This document shows, in pieces, positions 20,328 through 30,940 of a DNA stretch of 64,000 nucleotides. Origin of the DNA: Neptuniibacter sp. PT8_73. GTDB lineage: Bacteria; Pseudomonadota; Gammaproteobacteria; Pseudomonadales; Balneatricaceae. The first letter of the stretch is position 1. Each line of letters starts with the position of its first letter. Both the position numbers and the translations under genes were made by a program. Location of the stretch: assembly GCF_047778045.1 (NCBI RefSeq), contig NZ_CP180545.1:1649480-1713479 (forward strand), written 5' to 3'. The notes under the pieces are model-generated. The model did not search any database, had not been told where the DNA came from, and worked only from the letters and a program-made list of their open reading frames with translations.

Positions 20328-21410
20328 TTAAGACTCAACAGGCATCTTACAGATATCAGGGTGTTGTTCTAAGGTACTGATTAGTAGTTCCATCTCTTCT
20401 TGAGTGCCAATCGATATACGCAGGTAATTATCGATACCTGGTTTGCTGAAGTAGCGTACCAAAACTTTTTTCGTGCGTAGGAAACCCATTAATTCAGCGG
20501 CTTCTATAAAGCGGTGTGTGCTGAACAGGAAGTTCGTTTTAGATGGCAAGCTGATAAAGCCTAACTCTTCTAAACGATTGACCGTCCACTCACGGGTCTC
20601 GATAATCTTTTTCGTAGTCGCTTCGAAGTAGTCATTATCTTCAACAGCGGCAACGGCTGATTCAATTGCTAGCATATCTAGTGGGTAAGAGTTAAAGCTA
20701 TTTTTAACGCGTTCTAAACCTGCAATCAGATCTTCGTGACCAATCGCGAATCCAACACGCATACCCGCAAGAGAACGAGATTTAGAGAAGGTCTGAATAA
20801 CCAAAAGATGGTCATATTTTTTGGTTAATTCGATAGCACTAGAAGCGCCAAAATCGACATAGGCCTCATCAACCACAATGACGGTTTCAGTATTGCGCTG
20901 AGCCAATGCTTCAATTTCACCCAGCTCGATTGCACGGCTAGTCGGAGCATTCGGGTTAGCGAAAATGATACCGCCATTAGGCTGGTTATAGTCTTCGAGG
21001 TTTAGCTCAAAGTTCTCACCTAGGGGTAACAGCTTGAATTCGATATCAAATAGGTTGCAGTAAACCGGATAGAAGCTGTAAGTGAATTCCGGCATCAGCA
21101 GTGGTTGTTCTTGTTGGAAGAACGCAGCAAAGGTATGAGCAAGTACCTCATCAGAACCGTTACCAACAAAGACATTCTTACGCTCGACTTCAAAGTGGCT
21201 AGCAAGCGAATCTTTTAATTGGGTGCAATCTGGGTCGGAGTAGAGTCGTAACCTAGCTGTATCAAAGTTATTGATCACCGCGGCCGCCTTCGGTGAAGGA
21301 GGATAAGGATTTTCGTTGGTGTTTAACTTGGTGATACCGCTTTCTTTAGGCTGCTCGCCCGGCACGTAAGGTGTTAGACGCTGAATTGCGTCACTCCAAT
21401 ATTTGCTCAT
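20328..21410 (-). CDS. hisC: histidinol-phosphate aminotransferase family (standalone HisC-like)
   Basis: 360 aa. Class-II aminotransferase with the HisC signature 'NTNENPYPPSP'. Not embedded in a his operon within this window, so it could be a paralogue. Confidence 0.75.
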   Translation of the reverse strand: MSKYWSDAIQRLTPYVPGEQPKESGITKLNTNENPYPPSPKAAAVINNFDTARLRLYSDPDCTQLKDSLASHFEVERKNVFVGNGSDEVLAHTFAAFFQQEQPLLMPEFTYSFYPVYCNLFDIEFKLLPLGENFELNLEDYNQPNGGIIFANPNAPTSRAIELGEIEALAQRNTETVIVVDEAYVDFGASSAIELTKKYDHLLVIQTFSKSRSLAGMRVGFAIGHEDLIAGLERVKNSFNSYPLDMLAIESAVAAVEDNDYFEATTKKIIETREWTVNRLEELGFISLPSKTNFLFSTHRFIEAAELMGFLRTKKVLVRYFSKPGIDNYLRISIGTQEEMELLISTLEQHPDICKMPVES

Positions 21411-21652
21411 TATTGATCCGTAATACTCAAGGACAGCGATATGCTGTGTTATTTGGCATGAGTGAATAATTTCGCAGAAGGATAGCAGAATTTGCTTACG
21501 CGTTTAACAACAGACTGGTTTGTTAATCTAAAACAAAAATATTTATACCGTTATCTTGTTTGTGATTTTGTGAGGTTACATTCCACGGTTAACAGCCGAG
21601 TGGGGAGGCTCGACTGTTAGTTAAAATTCGGATTTGTGGTGGCTGATATTAG

Positions 21653-22057
21653 TTAGGCACAATGTCGGCTAATAAACATGGCTGTTACTGTATCCATGGT
21701 ATTTATATGATTTACAAACCAAGGAATAACCGTGTCTTTAAGGTAGCTGTTTAATTCTGCGCGGTCATGGTTTGCTTGCCATTGTTGTTGCGTCTCGCGC
21801 ATCTCTTGTAAAACGCGTTCATGCTCACCTTTGTGGCATGTATAGGGTGGGAAGTTGATTCGTATCATCTGTTCTTCTTCGCGGGCGAAGTGCTCGGCAT
21901 TGTGTTGGTAAAAGCCTGATAAAGCACCATCAACTTCACTGTCATTCCCTGTTTCCAAAGTGTCGAATAACTGATTAAGAAGGGTGATAGCTTCTGCATG
22001 ATCATCATTCATAAAATCAACCGCGACTTGTGGGATATCAGTTACTTCAACTTGCAT
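21653..22057 (-). CDS. hemerythrin-like metal-binding protein
   Basis: 134 aa with His/Glu-rich hemerythrin HHE motifs ('HAEAI', 'HFAREEEQM', 'HKGEHERV'). RBS AGAGGA 7 nt before the ATG. Confidence 0.65.
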   Translation of the reverse strand: MQVEVTDIPQVAVDFMNDDHAEAITLLNQLFDTLETGNDSEVDGALSGFYQHNAEHFAREEEQMIRINFPPYTCHKGEHERVLQEMRETQQQWQANHDRAELNSYLKDTVIPWFVNHINTMDTVTAMFISRHCA

Positions 22058-22397
22058 AGGTAAGTCCTCTCTATTGGAAACGCAAATCCATCTTATCTCT
22101 TCATCGCTTTATGGATATTGATATCAGTCAATAAACATATATATAAAATACATTTAAATGACCTCAAACTTTATAGGTGTTAAGGGATTAACCATTTTAT
22201 CTGGGTGACTGGTTAGTATTTATCCCTCTATACATTTGAATGATTTAATTAACTCGTTGAAATATAAGAGGAATGTTTTTTGGCCCGAACCTTGCCAATA
22301 GATGACTGAACAAAAAAATAAAAATGTTACACGTAGTTATGCATAGCTAATAAAAATGAGGGCATAGCTGTGGTGGCTGGCATTGGCGGAGAGACAT

Positions 22398-23474
22398 ATG
22401 TCACAAATTGAAACCTTCTATGAGGTTATGCGACGTCAGGGTATTACGCGTCGTAGCTTCCTGAAATATTGTAGTTTAACGGCTGCAGCCTTAGGTTTAG
22501 GACCAACATTTGCGCCTAGAATTGCGCATGCAATGGAAACCAAAGAGCGTACACCGGTAATTTGGTTGCATGGTTTAGAGTGTACTTGCTGTTCTGAATC
22601 GTTTATTCGTTCGGCTCACCCATTGGTAAAAGATGTTGTCCTATCCATGATCTCTTTGGATTATGACGACACCTTGATGGCTTCAGCAGGCCACCAAGCG
22701 CAGGAAATCCTTTATGAAACGATGGAAAAATATAAAGGTAAATATATCCTTGCCGTAGAAGGTAATCCGCCACTAAACGAAGATGGCATGTTCTGCATCT
22801 CTGGTGGTAAACCTTTTGTTGAAAAACTGAAGTATGCAGCGAAGGATGCTGCTGCCATCATCGCGTGGGGCTCTTGTGCATCTTGGGGCTGTGTTCAAGC
22901 AGCACGCCCAAATCCAACTCAAGCAGTTCCTATCCATAAAGTTATTACCGATAAACCAATTATCAAAGTACCAGGTTGCCCTCCAATCGCTGAGGTAATG
23001 ACTGGAGTTATTACCTATATGCTGACGTTCGGCAAAATGCCTGAGCTAGATCGTCAAGGTCGTCCAAAAATGTTCTACAGCCAGCGTATTCACGATAAGT
23101 GTTATCGCCGTCCTCACTTTGATGCAGGTCAGTTCGTCGAAGAGTGGGACGATGAAGGCGCACGTAAAGGTTACTGCCTTTATAAAGTGGGGTGTAAAGG
23201 TCCGACTACTTACAACGCTTGTTCTACGGTGCGTTGGAATGAGGGCGTCTCTTTCCCAATTCAGGCAGGCCACGGTTGTATTGGTTGTTCTGAAGATGGT
23301 TTCTGGGACAAAGGCTCGTTCTATAACCGTTTAACCGATATTCACCAGTTTGGTATCGAGAAAAATGCAGATGAGATTGGTATGGCTGTAGCGGGTGGTG
23401 TTGGTGCGGCTGTTGCCGCGCATGCTGCGGTCAGCGCGGTTAAGCGTGCTCAGCATAAAGGAGATCAGGAATAA
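22398..23474 (+). CDS. hyaA: [NiFe] hydrogenase small subunit (Tat-exported)
   Basis: Twin-arginine signal '[18 protein letters not shown]', Fe-S cluster cysteine ligands, C-terminal transmembrane anchor. ATG 22398 with GGAG 6 nt upstream is the likely start. Confidence 0.85.
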   Translation: MSQIETFYEVMRRQGITRRSFLKYCSLTAAALGLGPTFAPRIAHAMETKERTPVIWLHGLECTCCSESFIRSAHPLVKDVVLSMISLDYDDTLMASAGHQAQEILYETMEKYKGKYILAVEGNPPLNEDGMFCISGGKPFVEKLKYAAKDAAAIIAWGSCASWGCVQAARPNPTQAVPIHKVITDKPIIKVPGCPPIAEVMTGVITYMLTFGKMPELDRQGRPKMFYSQRIHDKCYRRPHFDAGQFVEEWDDEGARKGYCLYKVGCKGPTTYNACSTVRWNEGVSFPIQAGHGCIGCSEDGFWDKGSFYNRLTDIHQFGIEKNADEIGMAVAGGVGAAVAAHAAVSAVKRAQHKGDQE

Positions 23475-25282
23475 TGAATAAGCCATTTAATGCGAGTGAT
23501 TTAGATAACAGTGGCCGACGCATTGTTGTGGACCCTGTAACCCGAATTGAAGGGCATATGCGTTGTGAAGTGAATGTTGATGAAAACAACATTATTCGTA
23601 ACGCCGTTTCAACGGGGACAATGTGGCGTGGACTTGAAGTGATCTTAAAAGGTCGTGATCCGCGTGATGCTTGGGCCTTTGTAGAGCGAATCTGTGGCGT
23701 TTGTACAGGTACCCATGCACTGACATCTGTACGAGCGGTAGAAGATGCTCTAGGTATCCAAGTGCCTTTGAATGCACACCTTATCCGTCACATGATGGAT
23801 AAAACCCTACAGATTCACGATCACATCGTACATTTTTATCATCTACATGCGTTGGACTGGGTGAATCCAGTTAATGCCTTGAAAGCTGACCCTAAGGCTA
23901 CGTCTGAGCTTCAGCAGATGGTCTCTCCACATCATTCGAAATCTAGCCCAGGTTATTTTAAGGATGTACAAACACGTCTGAAGAAGTTCGTTGAAAGTGG
24001 CCAGTTAGGTCTGTTTGCTAATGGTTATTGGGATAACCCTGCTTATAAGCTTCCGCCAGAAGCGGACCTGATGGCAGTTGCTCACTACCTTGAAGCACTC
24101 GATTTCCAAAAAGAAGTTGTAAAAATTCATACCATCTTTGGTGGTAAAAACCCGCACCCTAACTACATGGTGGGTGGTGTGCCATGTGCTATTAACTTGG
24201 ATGATGTTGGTGCTTCAGGAGCGCCAATAAATATGACCAGTTTGAACTATGTGTTAGAGCGCATCCGCGAAGCACAAGAGTTTACTAAGAACGTATACAT
24301 CCCTGATGTTATGGCAATTGCTGGTATCTATAAGAATTGGTTGTACGGTGGTGGCTTAGCTTCAGAGAACCTTCTGTCTTACGGTACTTACACGCAAGTG
24401 CCATATGACAAATCTACAGATCTGTTACCCGCAGGTGCGATTGTTAATGGTAACTGGGATGAAGTGCATCCAGTTGATGTACGTGATCCAGAACAGATTA
24501 AAGAGTTTGTTGATCACTCTTGGTACCGTTATGAAGGCGAGAAGCAGGGCTTGCACCCATGGGAAGGTGAGACAGAGCCTAGCTTTGAGCTTGGCCCTAA
24601 TACAAAGGGTACCAAAACAGATATTAAAGAGCTGGATGAATCTGCGAAGTACAGCTGGATTAAGGCACCGCGCTGGCGTGGTCATGCAATGGAAGTAGGG
24701 CCACTGGCACGTTATATCATTGCCTACGCTTCTGGTACGGAGCATGTTCAGGAGCAGGTAGATCGCTCATTATCTGCTTTCAATCAGTCTACGGGGCTAG
24801 ATCTGGGAATTAAGCAGTTCTTACCAAGTACATTAGGCCGTACATTGGCGCGTGCACTTGAGTGTCAGCTTTGTGCAGACACTATGTTGGATGATTGGTA
24901 TCAACTGGTTAACAACATTAAAGCGGGTGATAGCTCGACTGCCAATGTTGAGAAGTGGGATCCAAGTAACTGGCCGAAAGAGGCGATGGGAGTTGGCATT
25001 AACGAAGCTCCTCGTGGCGCTTTGGGTCACTGGATCAAGATCAAAGATGGCAAAATCGAGAACTATCAAGCGATCGTTCCTACAACTTGGAATGGTTCAC
25101 CTCGTGATAGTAAAGGCAATATTGGCGCATTCGAAGCTTCCTTACTGGATACGCCAATGGAGCGTCCTGATGAGCCCGTTGAAATTCTTCGCACCCTGCA
25201 TAGTTTTGACCCATGTCTTGCGTGTTCAACACACGTGATGTCTGAAGATGGTCAAGAGCTGACTAAGGTGAAAATTCGATAA
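23474..25282 (+). CDS. hyaB: [NiFe] hydrogenase large subunit
   Basis: N-terminal 'RIEGH' and CxxC, C-terminal 'DPCLACSTH' Ni-Fe ligands. Start overlaps the hyaA stop by 1 nt. Confidence 0.9.
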   Translation: MNKPFNASDLDNSGRRIVVDPVTRIEGHMRCEVNVDENNIIRNAVSTGTMWRGLEVILKGRDPRDAWAFVERICGVCTGTHALTSVRAVEDALGIQVPLNAHLIRHMMDKTLQIHDHIVHFYHLHALDWVNPVNALKADPKATSELQQMVSPHHSKSSPGYFKDVQTRLKKFVESGQLGLFANGYWDNPAYKLPPEADLMAVAHYLEALDFQKEVVKIHTIFGGKNPHPNYMVGGVPCAINLDDVGASGAPINMTSLNYVLERIREAQEFTKNVYIPDVMAIAGIYKNWLYGGGLASENLLSYGTYTQVPYDKSTDLLPAGAIVNGNWDEVHPVDVRDPEQIKEFVDHSWYRYEGEKQGLHPWEGETEPSFELGPNTKGTKTDIKELDESAKYSWIKAPRWRGHAMEVGPLARYIIAYASGTEHVQEQVDRSLSAFNQSTGLDLGIKQFLPSTLGRTLARALECQLCADTMLDDWYQLVNNIKAGDSSTANVEKWDPSNWPKEAMGVGINEAPRGALGHWIKIKDGKIENYQAIVPTTWNGSPRDSKGNIGAFEASLLDTPMERPDEPVEILRTLHSFDPCLACSTHVMSEDGQELTKVKIR

Positions 25283-25330
25283 GAATAGTGGCGTTGTGAA
25301 CGCAGCGCCTAAATTCAGGAGGTTATTTAT

Positions 25331-26089
25331 ATGACTGCATCGGTTAAACCTAACAAGTCAGATAAAGCTCAGGAAGTCGCTTCAGATCAAGTTGTCGGAG
25401 AATCAGTTATTACCCGTAAACAGACTGCTGTTTATGTGTATGAAGCGCCATTACGCTTGTGGCACTGGGTCACGGTCTTTTCGATTATTACCCTTTGTGT
25501 AACTGGCTATTTTATTGGTGTTCCTCTACCAACGATGCCGGGTGAAGCAATCGATAACTATCTGATGGGTTACATCCGCTTTGCGCATTTCACCGCGGGC
25601 TATATCGTAACTATCGGATTTCTTGGCCGTATCTATTGGGCGTTCGTGGGTAACCATCATGCACGTGAACTGTTTGTGCCGCCGTTCTTTAGCGGTAAAT
25701 TCTGGAAAGAAGCATGGCATGAGGTACGCTGGTATCTGTTCTTGGAGAAGACTCCGAAGAAATATATCGGTCACAATCCACTGGCTCAGGTGGGGATGTT
25801 TTTCTTCTTCGTACTCGGCATGTTGTTCATGATTGTCACAGGATTCGCCTTATACAGCGAAGGCCTTGGTCAGGGCAGTTGGGCAGATACGATGTTTGGC
25901 TGGGTTATTCCGCTGATGGGGCAAAGCCAAGATGTACATACATGGCACCGCCTAGGGATGTGGTATCTGATCACGTTTATCTTGATCCATGTTTATGTGG
26001 CGATTCGTGAAGATATTATGTCGCGTCAGAGTTTGATCTCAACCATGATAGGTGGCTGGCGAATGTTTAAGGATGATCGCCCAGATTAA
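25331..26089 (+). CDS. hyaC: hydrogenase b-type cytochrome subunit
   Basis: 252 aa, four transmembrane helices with conserved His residues. RBS AGGAGG before the ATG. Confidence 0.85.
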   Translation: MTASVKPNKSDKAQEVASDQVVGESVITRKQTAVYVYEAPLRLWHWVTVFSIITLCVTGYFIGVPLPTMPGEAIDNYLMGYIRFAHFTAGYIVTIGFLGRIYWAFVGNHHARELFVPPFFSGKFWKEAWHEVRWYLFLEKTPKKYIGHNPLAQVGMFFFFVLGMLFMIVTGFALYSEGLGQGSWADTMFGWVIPLMGQSQDVHTWHRLGMWYLITFILIHVYVAIREDIMSRQSLISTMIGGWRMFKDDRPD

Positions 26090-26111
26090 TATTCTGGTCA
26101 ATGAGTATCTG

Positions 26112-26139
26112 AAAACCGGGCAATAGTCCGGTTTTTTTT
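26112..26139 (+). terminator. rho-independent terminator after hyaC
   Basis: aaaaccgg-gcaatagt-ccggtttttttt. Confidence 0.7.
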
Positions 26140-26225
26140 ATTGTGTTTTTGGAGATTATTTAAACAATTGTTTTAAATTCTGGAATAAGCCAGATTCTTA
26201 TTCCATACTCATTAGTCAAGCAAGG

Positions 26226-27074
26226 ATGATTAAAAGCCAACAGGGAGGTCATATGAATCAGACTGTGCGTACACTCGTTGTACCTTACCTTATCGATGCG
26301 GGTTTTTTACCCGATACTAACTCTAATAACGATGCCAGCGTAGAGCATGCAGTTGTAGCCGCCTTAACGACCAAAACAGGAACATTGAATCACCAATGGC
26401 CGCAATGGTCGTTGCAGCGAATGGAAGTAGCTTATTTACAATCGATTTGCCATCAAAATGGTATTGATGCCGGCGTAATCGATGGTCTTTATGGGCCGCA
26501 AACCGACTACGCTGTAGAGCGTTTAGTGCAATTACAGGACAGAGGGCAGCTAAGGCGCTCCTTTGCCGATATTAGTCCATTGAATTCCAATCCAGATAAC
26601 TTCCCCCAAGAGAATGAATCTGATTTAACCCATTACTATGGAGAACCGGGTCAAGTGCCGCTGATAAAGGTTACTTGTCCTTGGGAACTCAGGCTTGATT
26701 GGAATCTCAACCAAACTACTCGCTCTATCAGCATTCATGAATCACTAGCAGAAAGTTTGGAATCAATTCTGACTCAAGTTCATGATCACTATGGGCCGAC
26801 AGGTATTACAGAATATGGTTTAGATCGCTATGGTGGTAGCTATAATCCTCGTAAAAAACGCGGTAGTGCCAGTGCTTGGTCCACTCATGCTTGGGGTATC
26901 GCGTTAGACTGGTTTCCTTCGCAGAATAAGCTGCGTTGGCGCAGTGATCGCGCGAGTTTAGCCAAAGAGGAATTAGATCCTTGGTGGGAAATTTGGGAAT
27001 CGCACGGTTGGCTTAGTTTAGGACGCTCTGAGGACCGTGATTGGATGCATGTCCAGGCTGCAAAGCGCGGCTAA
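26226..27074 (+). CDS. peptidoglycan-binding domain plus M15-family (VanY/L-Ala-D-Glu-like) peptidase
   Basis: PG_binding_1-like 'GVIDGLYGPQTDYAVERLVQ' and C-terminal M15 motif 'STHAWGIALD'. No obvious signal peptide. Confidence 0.5.
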   Translation: MIKSQQGGHMNQTVRTLVVPYLIDAGFLPDTNSNNDASVEHAVVAALTTKTGTLNHQWPQWSLQRMEVAYLQSICHQNGIDAGVIDGLYGPQTDYAVERLVQLQDRGQLRRSFADISPLNSNPDNFPQENESDLTHYYGEPGQVPLIKVTCPWELRLDWNLNQTTRSISIHESLAESLESILTQVHDHYGPTGITEYGLDRYGGSYNPRKKRGSASAWSTHAWGIALDWFPSQNKLRWRSDRASLAKEELDPWWEIWESHGWLSLGRSEDRDWMHVQAAKRG

Positions 27075-27826
27075 CGCCAGTGAATCCAGTATGTGTATTC
27101 AATTCGGTTTGAAATATTAAGCGTTTGTTGAAAGCTAGGACTGGGGGAGTCTGAACACTGAAAGCCGGTAAATTCAGGTTCGCTCCAGCCAGTCATTCCT
27201 CCCATATAATCTCTGCGATAGCCCCAATGACCACAAGATAAAACAGTATCGAATTGGTTTTCCCTCTCACAGACGGCACAGGTTTCAAACTGTACCTCAA
27301 TATTTTTTCCTTCAATCCCCCAGCTATCGGAAACATAGGGGGTGTCATAAAGCGCAACAGCAGAGTCACGGTACGGCCGACCTTGCCAAGGTTTGTCAGA
27401 ATCGTCTAGGGGTGTTTTATGTAGGCCGTAACCGTGCTCCAGAGGGGCGCTGTCATAAAAAGGGTTGGTAAATTGATCGGGGACATCAATCTGAATGTGT
27501 TTCTCTCCGGGTAGAAGTTTGGCGGTTGTTCTGCGAATTTGTAATAGTCTAAAGCGATCGCAATCAGCTAGATTTAACCCGTCCACCTTACCGGTAAAAT
27601 TGTTTTTTAAATGAATCTCTATGCCTATGCCTGTGGCATTGTCGCTCGCAATGTACTTCGCATTACTTCGACTACTGTGATACCACGGTTTAGAAAGGAT
27701 GAGTGAACCAATCTGTTCATTTTTAAAAGTAACAGGGCAGGTTTGTCCTTCGACCAACTCTGCAGTCGCGAGGGAATTTGAAGTTATTAATATGGTAACT
27801 GTTGTAATAAATACCTTGTATGTCAT
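27071..27826 (-). CDS. secreted Cys-containing hypothetical protein
   Basis: 251 aa. N-terminal signal peptide, several Cys residues. Its stop overlaps the stop of the convergent M15 peptidase gene. Confidence 0.4.
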   Translation of the reverse strand: MTYKVFITTVTILITSNSLATAELVEGQTCPVTFKNEQIGSLILSKPWYHSSRSNAKYIASDNATGIGIEIHLKNNFTGKVDGLNLADCDRFRLLQIRRTTAKLLPGEKHIQIDVPDQFTNPFYDSAPLEHGYGLHKTPLDDSDKPWQGRPYRDSAVALYDTPYVSDSWGIEGKNIEVQFETCAVCERENQFDTVLSCGHWGYRRDYMGGMTGWSEPEFTGFQCSDSPSPSFQQTLNISNRIEYTYWIHWR

Positions 27827-27932
27827 TCTTACTCCAATCAGGTCAGACTGAATTGGTTGCTTTTAACGAAGGTATGTACAAAGCATAGACGCTTTCTGGG
27901 TTTTGCAAGTTTTCAAATCAAGAGGATGTGAA

Positions 27933-28292
27933 ATGAGTTCTGCGCACAATCAAATTAATTATATTGAGTTACCGGCTAATAATTTAGGAAGCACTAAGCG
28001 ATTTTACTCTGATCTTTTTGACTGGAAGTTTACCGACTACGGACCTGAATATTGTGCTTTTGACGGCGCAGGATTAGCGGGTGGTTTTTATAAAGCTGAT
28101 CTGAAATCCAATTCAAGTACTGGTGCTGCACTGGTGGTTTTGTATAGTACAAACCTCGAGGCGAGTCAGGCGCTAATCGAATCAGCTGGTGGTGAGATCA
28201 AAGTACCAATTTTCAGTTTTCCCGGCGGGCGACGTTTTCATTTTCTTGATCCAAATGGCAATGAACTGGCTGTTTGGTCAGATAAAGAATAA
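27933..28292 (+). CDS. glyoxalase/bleomycin-resistance (VOC) family protein
   Basis: VOC fold sequence. ATG 27933 with AGAGGA RBS. The track's 27903 is upstream and in frame. Confidence 0.6.
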   Translation: MSSAHNQINYIELPANNLGSTKRFYSDLFDWKFTDYGPEYCAFDGAGLAGGFYKADLKSNSSTGAALVVLYSTNLEASQALIESAGGEIKVPIFSFPGGRRFHFLDPNGNELAVWSDKE

Positions 28293-28307
28293 AGCCGTGA
28301 TATCAAT

Positions 28308-30056
28308 TTAAAGCTGGTTAGCTTTACGGTAGCGACCTTGGTAATCAAATATTCTCTCTTGTACACGCCAATAGTGCTTTTGCTCGCGTGCGATGACAAA
28401 GTCTGGCGCGACTAAAAGTGCTTCATAAGCGATCGCTTCTTCTATGTTTGAAAAGTTTTGCGGGGCTTGGCTATTCGCAACCCGTCGCCCAAAGATCTCA
28501 TTAAAGCGTTTTAGCTGAGCCGGCTTGGAAAAATCGAAGCTCTCCTTCAGCTCTTCACCTTCCTCACCATGATAAATAACCTGAATCTTGGACTGATTCC
28601 GGATCAACGATAATCCCGCACATCGGATCACCATGGCATCTTTCAGTTTCAGTGCATCTTTTAATTGATCGTCTGGGTCGATAATCGCTTTATTGCACTG
28701 ATGGCATTTGCGGGCAGCGATATCATTTTCAGCATTACAGTGAGGACATTCTTTAAATCGAAAGCGAAAATCACACTGTTCTGATGGGGTATCGCTATCG
28801 TCGCTTTCAAGCAGACCTTTACAGCGTCGACCATGATGTTCAATTACCTTGCCATCGCTGTCAGTTTTGCCCCAAAAGATATTGGCAAAGCCGCAGGAAG
28901 GGCAAAATACTTGTACCGGTTCGGAATCTGGGGAAGGGCGTTTTTCACCCACTTCTGGATGGTGCAAATTATAGTTGTTGCCTGCGTAGTCGATGACTAA
29001 GCAATCTTTCTTTCCAGGCGCGAGTCTAAGACCGCGCCCAACAATCTGCTGATACAGACTAACAGATTCGGTGGGCCTTAAAATTGCTATAAGATCGACA
29101 TGGGGTGCATCAAACCCTGTAGTAAGAACTGATACGTTAACCAGATACTTAATTTTCTTAAGCTTGAAGTCACTGATCAAGCGGTCTCTATCTTCGCTGG
29201 TGGAAGAACCAGTGATCAAAGCTGTTTGGTCCTCGGGAAGGTAAGTGCTGATCTCTTTGGCGTGATCGACTGTTGCTGCAAATATCATCACGCCTTGGCG
29301 ATCTTGAGCTCGTTCGATTACTTGTTCAATGATCGCCCTAGTGACGCGCTTGTATTTTGTGAGCAGGTTATTGATATCTTTTTCAGTATAAGTGCCAAAT
29401 GCAGTTTGATCTAAGGCTGAAAAGTCATATTGCGCGACCGCGGCATCTTCCATTTCTGGGGGCGTTAAGTAGTTACGGCTAATCATGTAACTGAGCGGGA
29501 GTTCGTAGATGCAGTTACGAAATGGTTTTTCCTGCTCGCTTCTAACAAAACCACGATAATGCTGCTGATAGATCCAGCCCATACTCATTCTATAAGGCGT
29601 TGCAGTTAACCCAAGTACTTTGAGGTTGGGATTTATCTCTTGGAGTTTGTCAATGATCCGGCCATATTGGCTATCTTCGTCGTCATTAATACGATGACAT
29701 TCATCGACGATCAGTAAGGAATATTCGTTATTAAAAAGATCAATATTCGCCGCGACAGATTGCACACTGGCGAACGTAACCTGTTTTTCGATCTCTTTGC
29801 GACTCAGGCCCGCTGCAAAGATGCCGCCTTCTAAACCATAGCTTTCATATTTAGCGTGATTTTGCTCAACTAACTCTTTGACATGAGCTAGCACCATAAT
29901 TTTTTTACGTGCTAAGCGAGCAAGCTCTGCTATGACAAGACTTTTTCCGGCACCCGTTGGTAGCACGATGACAGCAGGATCATCAGTTTTGCGAAAGTGC
30001 TGTAATGTCGCATCAACGGCTTCTTGCTGATAGGGACGTAGGGTAAACGCACTCAT
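28308..30056 (-). CDS. radD: SF2 DNA repair helicase RadD (YejH-like)
   Basis: Walker A 'LPTGAGKS', DEAH-like 'VDECH', helicase motifs, C-terminal Cys4 zinc ribbon ('CPSCG...CPHC...CHQC'). Confidence 0.7.
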   Translation of the reverse strand: MSAFTLRPYQQEAVDATLQHFRKTDDPAVIVLPTGAGKSLVIAELARLARKKIMVLAHVKELVEQNHAKYESYGLEGGIFAAGLSRKEIEKQVTFASVQSVAANIDLFNNEYSLLIVDECHRINDDEDSQYGRIIDKLQEINPNLKVLGLTATPYRMSMGWIYQQHYRGFVRSEQEKPFRNCIYELPLSYMISRNYLTPPEMEDAAVAQYDFSALDQTAFGTYTEKDINNLLTKYKRVTRAIIEQVIERAQDRQGVMIFAATVDHAKEISTYLPEDQTALITGSSTSEDRDRLISDFKLKKIKYLVNVSVLTTGFDAPHVDLIAILRPTESVSLYQQIVGRGLRLAPGKKDCLVIDYAGNNYNLHHPEVGEKRPSPDSEPVQVFCPSCGFANIFWGKTDSDGKVIEHHGRRCKGLLESDDSDTPSEQCDFRFRFKECPHCNAENDIAARKCHQCNKAIIDPDDQLKDALKLKDAMVIRCAGLSLIRNQSKIQVIYHGEEGEELKESFDFSKPAQLKRFNEIFGRRVANSQAPQNFSNIEEAIAYEALLVAPDFVIAREQKHYWRVQERIFDYQGRYRKANQL

Positions 30057-30304
30057 ATAGGGTTCAGATCCAATAGAAACAGCTAAAACAGAGTGATTCT
30101 AACCTATGAAAGTTCGAAGTCCCATTCAATGGTGATTCTTGATGTTTCTAATGATTAGGCAATTAGTATTTGAGAATGAATACTATTTATTTAGTTAAGC
30201 GTATTGATCATTCATAAAAACAAACATACACTCGATTAAAAGCAGTTTATGACAAAGGAAAGCACAAGGTTTAGTGCGTTAGTCATAATAGATAGGACTC
30301 ATTT

Positions 30305-30922
30305 ATGGAATTTCTCTTAGGGTTTTTCTCATTCCCACTGGCCGTTACGGCAATCCCTTTTCTATTTTTATTTTCCCTTATGCTGATCTCAGTATTGACG
30401 GGTTTTGTTGATGATATCCCATTTCTTAGCACTGAAACTGATTTGGAGATTGAGGTTGATGCGGAAGTGCCTGGGGGTACTTTATTGCCTGTTGGAATCA
30501 CCAAGGTTCCACTGATTATTAGCCTAACCACTGTTAGTTTCGTCGCTACAATACTGGTTTATTACATCGATACTTTCATACTGAGTGATATGAGCGGCGC
30601 GGTTTTTTATGGTGCTGCTTCGGGTTCAATCTTGGCCAGCTTATTTGTCAGCCTCTATATCGCGGCTTTTCTACTAAAGCCCCTGCAGCCATTGTTTGAT
30701 CATGAAAAGAGCTTTGCTGCGATTAACTATGTTGGCATGAACGCTATAGTTCGCTCCAATTCAGTTAACCAGACATTTGGCGAAGCTGTGGTTACAAAGG
30801 GTAGCTTGGAAAACCAGCTGGATATTTATAGTGACAGTGACACCCCAATTTCTTATGGCGATGAAGTGCTCATCGTTTCATTAAATCCTGAAAATCAACG
30901 ATACCTCGTTATCAAAAAATAA
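30305..30922 (+). CDS. NfeD/YqiJ-like membrane protein (flotillin partner)
   Basis: 205 aa. N-terminal transmembrane helices, C-terminal NfeD OB-barrel ('VVTKGSLENQLDIYSD...EVLIVSLNPENQRYLVIKK'). Confidence 0.65.
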   Translation: MEFLLGFFSFPLAVTAIPFLFLFSLMLISVLTGFVDDIPFLSTETDLEIEVDAEVPGGTLLPVGITKVPLIISLTTVSFVATILVYYIDTFILSDMSGAVFYGAASGSILASLFVSLYIAAFLLKPLQPLFDHEKSFAAINYVGMNAIVRSNSVNQTFGEAVVTKGSLENQLDIYSDSDTPISYGDEVLIVSLNPENQRYLVIKK

Positions 30923-30940
30923 CTCTTTTTGGAGAACAGC

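Noticed and set aside
22383-22397. Upstream TTG start for hyaA (and similar track starts at 611, 30929, 33147, 46780, 62278, 10447, 57753).
   Set aside because: Each in-frame ATG a few codons downstream has a proper Shine-Dalgarno sequence and matches the orthologue N-terminus. I judge the longer TTG/GTG extensions less likely.
28308-30304. RadD helicase divergent from the NfeD/flotillin block as a possible sixth component.
   Set aside because: It is on the opposite strand with its own promoter region. RadD is a conserved housekeeping repair helicase, so the adjacency is probably coincidental.
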